Source: Bigelowiella natans CCMP2755 (taxonomy: Eukaryota; Protista; Cercozoa). From it: a DNA stretch of 64,000 bases. A model generated the notes under the pieces. The model was given only the letters and a program-made list of their open reading frames with translations, made no database searches and was not told the DNA's origin. Location of the stretch: the NCBI GenBank assembly GCA_000320545.1, contig ADNK01002608.1, forward strand, positions 62,001 to 126,000. Reading direction: 5' to 3'. Within the stretch, counting starts at the first letter, position 1, and each line of letters starts with the position of its first letter. The translations under genes and the position numbers were made by a program. This document shows positions 62,601-64,000 of the stretch, in pieces.

Positions 62601-64000
62601 TCTTCTTCCGTAGCTCGGTAGGTGTAGGTAGCTTGTTGTCCGCTAGGTCCATAAACTCTAACGCATTAACGCTTGACTCAGAGGTCCACTCGTCAAGCCG
62701 TATCATGTTCTGGCTGATGGTCCTGCCTGACTTCTTTGGCAACTTAGCAAAGTATATCTTGTGATTGTAGAATGATATGATCCCCCCTAATTTTTCTAGG
62801 GCATCCTGTCCGAGGAGTAGTTCCATGGATAAAGTCATGGCTACTCGGGTCTTGATTTGGGTCTCCGCGTCGCTGCCAGGTATCTGTAGCTTTAGCATTA
62901 GCTCACCGACGGTCTTCATGGAAGAGCTTCCGTCTGCTTGAGCATATTTACGTTCTTTCTTAGTCACTTGATCCAATAGTCCTAACCTTCTTACTGTGCT
63001 TAGGCTTATGAAGGACTTCGGCATGCTGCCACTATCCCAAAGGGCAGGTAGTTTCTTGTAGTCTCCGTAGCTGTCTTTAACTTTAACCTTGGTCATAGCA
63101 ACTTTGATAGTCCTGTTAGCGTCTTCGTCATTAATGTTGCATACTCCTAAGTTCTTTATGTCGTCTAGGGTCATGGGCTTGTCTTGGTCCTGCGTTGCTG
63201 GTACTGCTGTCTTCGTCGGCGCCTGCTTAAGGTGATCTAATATTCCGTTTATCTGCTGCTGTATAGCATTGATACTGTTCTGCTTTTTGTTCTTATATTT
63301 ATTGTTCTTCCCGTTGTTGCTGCCTTGCCATTTGCTGTTGTTATATCCTTGTCCTCTGCCTTTCTTTCTCTTTAACTTCTCGTAGTGTTCGTTGAGCTGC
63401 CTGATCGTCATCCTGGGTCGTCCTTCTTTCCTGTCTCTGCAGTCTTTAGCGGTGTGTTTCCCTTTACGTGAGCAGTATCCGCAACGTCGGTTACCTTCCC
63501 TGTCCTTGTACCAGTCTCGCTGCGGCTTAATAGCGTTAATGTTTCCTATGCCAGGTACCTTAGGGCTGGTAAACTTGCGGTCCTGCTCCTGCTCGCGTAG
63601 GGATATAGCCTGCACTGCTGCCTCCATCGTGGTGTAGCCTTTCTCCGTAACGTAAGTGGATTCCTTTATCTTTAACTTGAACTCTTCAAACCTTGCCTGA
63701 TCATCACCTGTGTTGTAATTAAAATCATGTAGTTCGTCGATCATATCCTGGAAGCGCGTGGCAAAGTCTCTAACAGGTTCTCTCTCATGCTGCATCATTG
63801 CTCTGTATTTTCTAATAGCCTGGGGTAGGGAGTTAGCATCCTGTTCATTTACAAAAGCCTTCATTATCGCCTCAACGTCTCGTAGCCCACTAACTGTAGT
63901 GTGTATTTTCTCTAGCTGCCTGATCCGGGTCCTGCCTGTCTCGTAAAGGTCCATGGCTTGCTTTATTATAGCTAGCCATTTGAGCTTGTCGTTTTCGGTG
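59617..64000 (-). CDS. Gag-Pol polyprotein (more than 1445 aa, frame open to the window edge)
   Basis: Knuckle CGYCSRKGKHTAKDC; protease LWDSGS; RT LDKNESYMQ, FPYGL, YVDD; RNase H WTDWS, GEY, TDHKPL; integrase HGPAH..CRC, QIDVY, HVDNE, KVER; SH3-like segment; extra C-terminal domain of about 120 aa. Confidence 0.96.
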   Translation of the reverse strand, partial: TENDKLKWLAIIKQAMDLYETGRTRIRQLEKIHTTVSGLRDVEAIMKAFVNEQDANSLPQAIRKYRAMMQHEREPVRDFATRFQDMIDELHDFNYNTGDDQARFEEFKLKIKESTYVTEKGYTTMEAAVQAISLREQEQDRKFTSPKVPGIGNINAIKPQRDWYKDREGNRRCGYCSRKGKHTAKDCRDRKEGRPRMTIRQLNEHYEKLKRKKGRGQGYNNSKWQGSNNGKNNKYKNKKQNSINAIQQQINGILDHLKQAPTKTAVPATQDQDKPMTLDDIKNLGVCNINDEDANRTIKVAMTKVKVKDSYGDYKKLPALWDSGSMPKSFISLSTVRRLGLLDQVTKKERKYAQADGSSSMKTVGELMLKLQIPGSDAETQIKTRVAMTLSMELLLGQDALEKLGGIISFYNHKIYFAKLPKKSGRTISQNMIRLDEWTSESSVNALEFMDLADNKLPTPTELRKKNPGKTIRQITELLDKTPPADDWDIDKGKKYINKILNEKYSDITKPTTKPSSKLTPVKIELKKGYEECIINDPEHRRPEADWEKIEWQINEWAKEGKIEPSNSPWNVRHVLAKKPTYPFFRLAHNFIRHNRVIKRIQTPTPRIDDVIEHVIGYKYYSSLDKNESYMQTPIHKTSRPITAFSSRHRKWHFVVFPYGLSISGDAFSSQNYRAYTHDGMASVLWVFVFVYVDDDIICTNTVVAQIFLLENIFIRFAHFGFTIRLQKCTFLATRIKWCGYYLEQGRITPNPEKVAALQQAPKPKNAKELKSFLQTAAWILRRFSPTYARTAAAFTTAYRKENSVGLSFAKVWAKAGLDAHFDNLIKLCSNTLLNAKLDTTRPATLWTDWSKLGMAAVLTQDQQIIRVWGRACTAAEAKYSPTKGEYKAMTEAQRKLRYYLLSVPSFTLMTDHKPLLGIDRKLEAPNDEYAAMRADTEEFRDKRTVVYAPGDKQLADYFSRLFEKKVPTQVTPMVNAITFEDGDFLPEPEELQHLQEHLDKYKHKHEVLSDRIYVYTNNVRRTYVPRRTRGALLFTAHGPAHVGENHITALLYHYYWPYKLKEIRTYLRGCRCSSLKAAGVATKESSKSRASKKIKARNFLDIVQIDVYKYDGYHYLTFVDVATGKCWVKKIIKVNVAKKNKGLYKQRLTNCYRTWESELQAIPDEVSINKIPKKLHVDNETSLLQLPHPNIDASPVYYAQSNSKVERLHRTLANLSRINSTTPDKIQGLVNDTFTSGGGIKDKEREEGDDNDDDTESEDEKVPYDGRVLKEGQYVRAKVNLRSRNKQDPFWGGVAKVTERKGRKQYYIYDGNRVTLRHISHLKNYDIGEKLLEDVKVNPTVWERAMPCLGPRPKFDVEYGNNKVRVNDDWRMKIVYLGYPGLRNMERVAMKIKDGKYQLLYLAVPDLPFEHWYKVLGDLDAEGWYGHEPKDEGEFWVSDKGDKVREESITWWLVKFRKR

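Larger units (their letters stand above)
59240..64000 (-). mobile_element. Ty3/gypsy LTR retrotransposon, intact, truncated by window edge
   Basis: Single gag-pol frame in PR-RT-RH-INT order plus PPT and LTR. Confidence 0.95.

Overview
Gene-dense, intron-rich nuclear DNA of a flagellated eukaryotic protist (axonemal genes DRC11 and DNAAF4-like). A chlorarachniophyte-type alga is plausible but is only inference. About 11 spliced host genes are recognisable: TPR/DNAAF4-like, V-ATPase c, Vti1-like SNARE, a signal-peptide protein, CNOT3, DRC11/IQCA1, SMIM30-like, SDIR1-like RING E3, cullin-4-like, GTF3C6-like and an OTU protease. Most long introns are packed with microsatellites. Mobile DNA comprises one apparently full-length APE-RT LINE (10436-15396) nested in an antisense copy of its own family, several LINE 3' fragments, and an intact Ty3/gypsy element cut by the right window edge. 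The strongest signal is a set of intergenic/TE islands in which TpA has been almost erased by TA->TG/CA change (A->G, with TAG and CTAG largely spared). This runs opposite to fungal RIP and is visible directly by comparing LINE copies. Second, the gypsy Pol ends in a domain resembling a degenerate Dam-like N6-adenine methyltransferase. Exon structures and counts were read by hand and are approximate.
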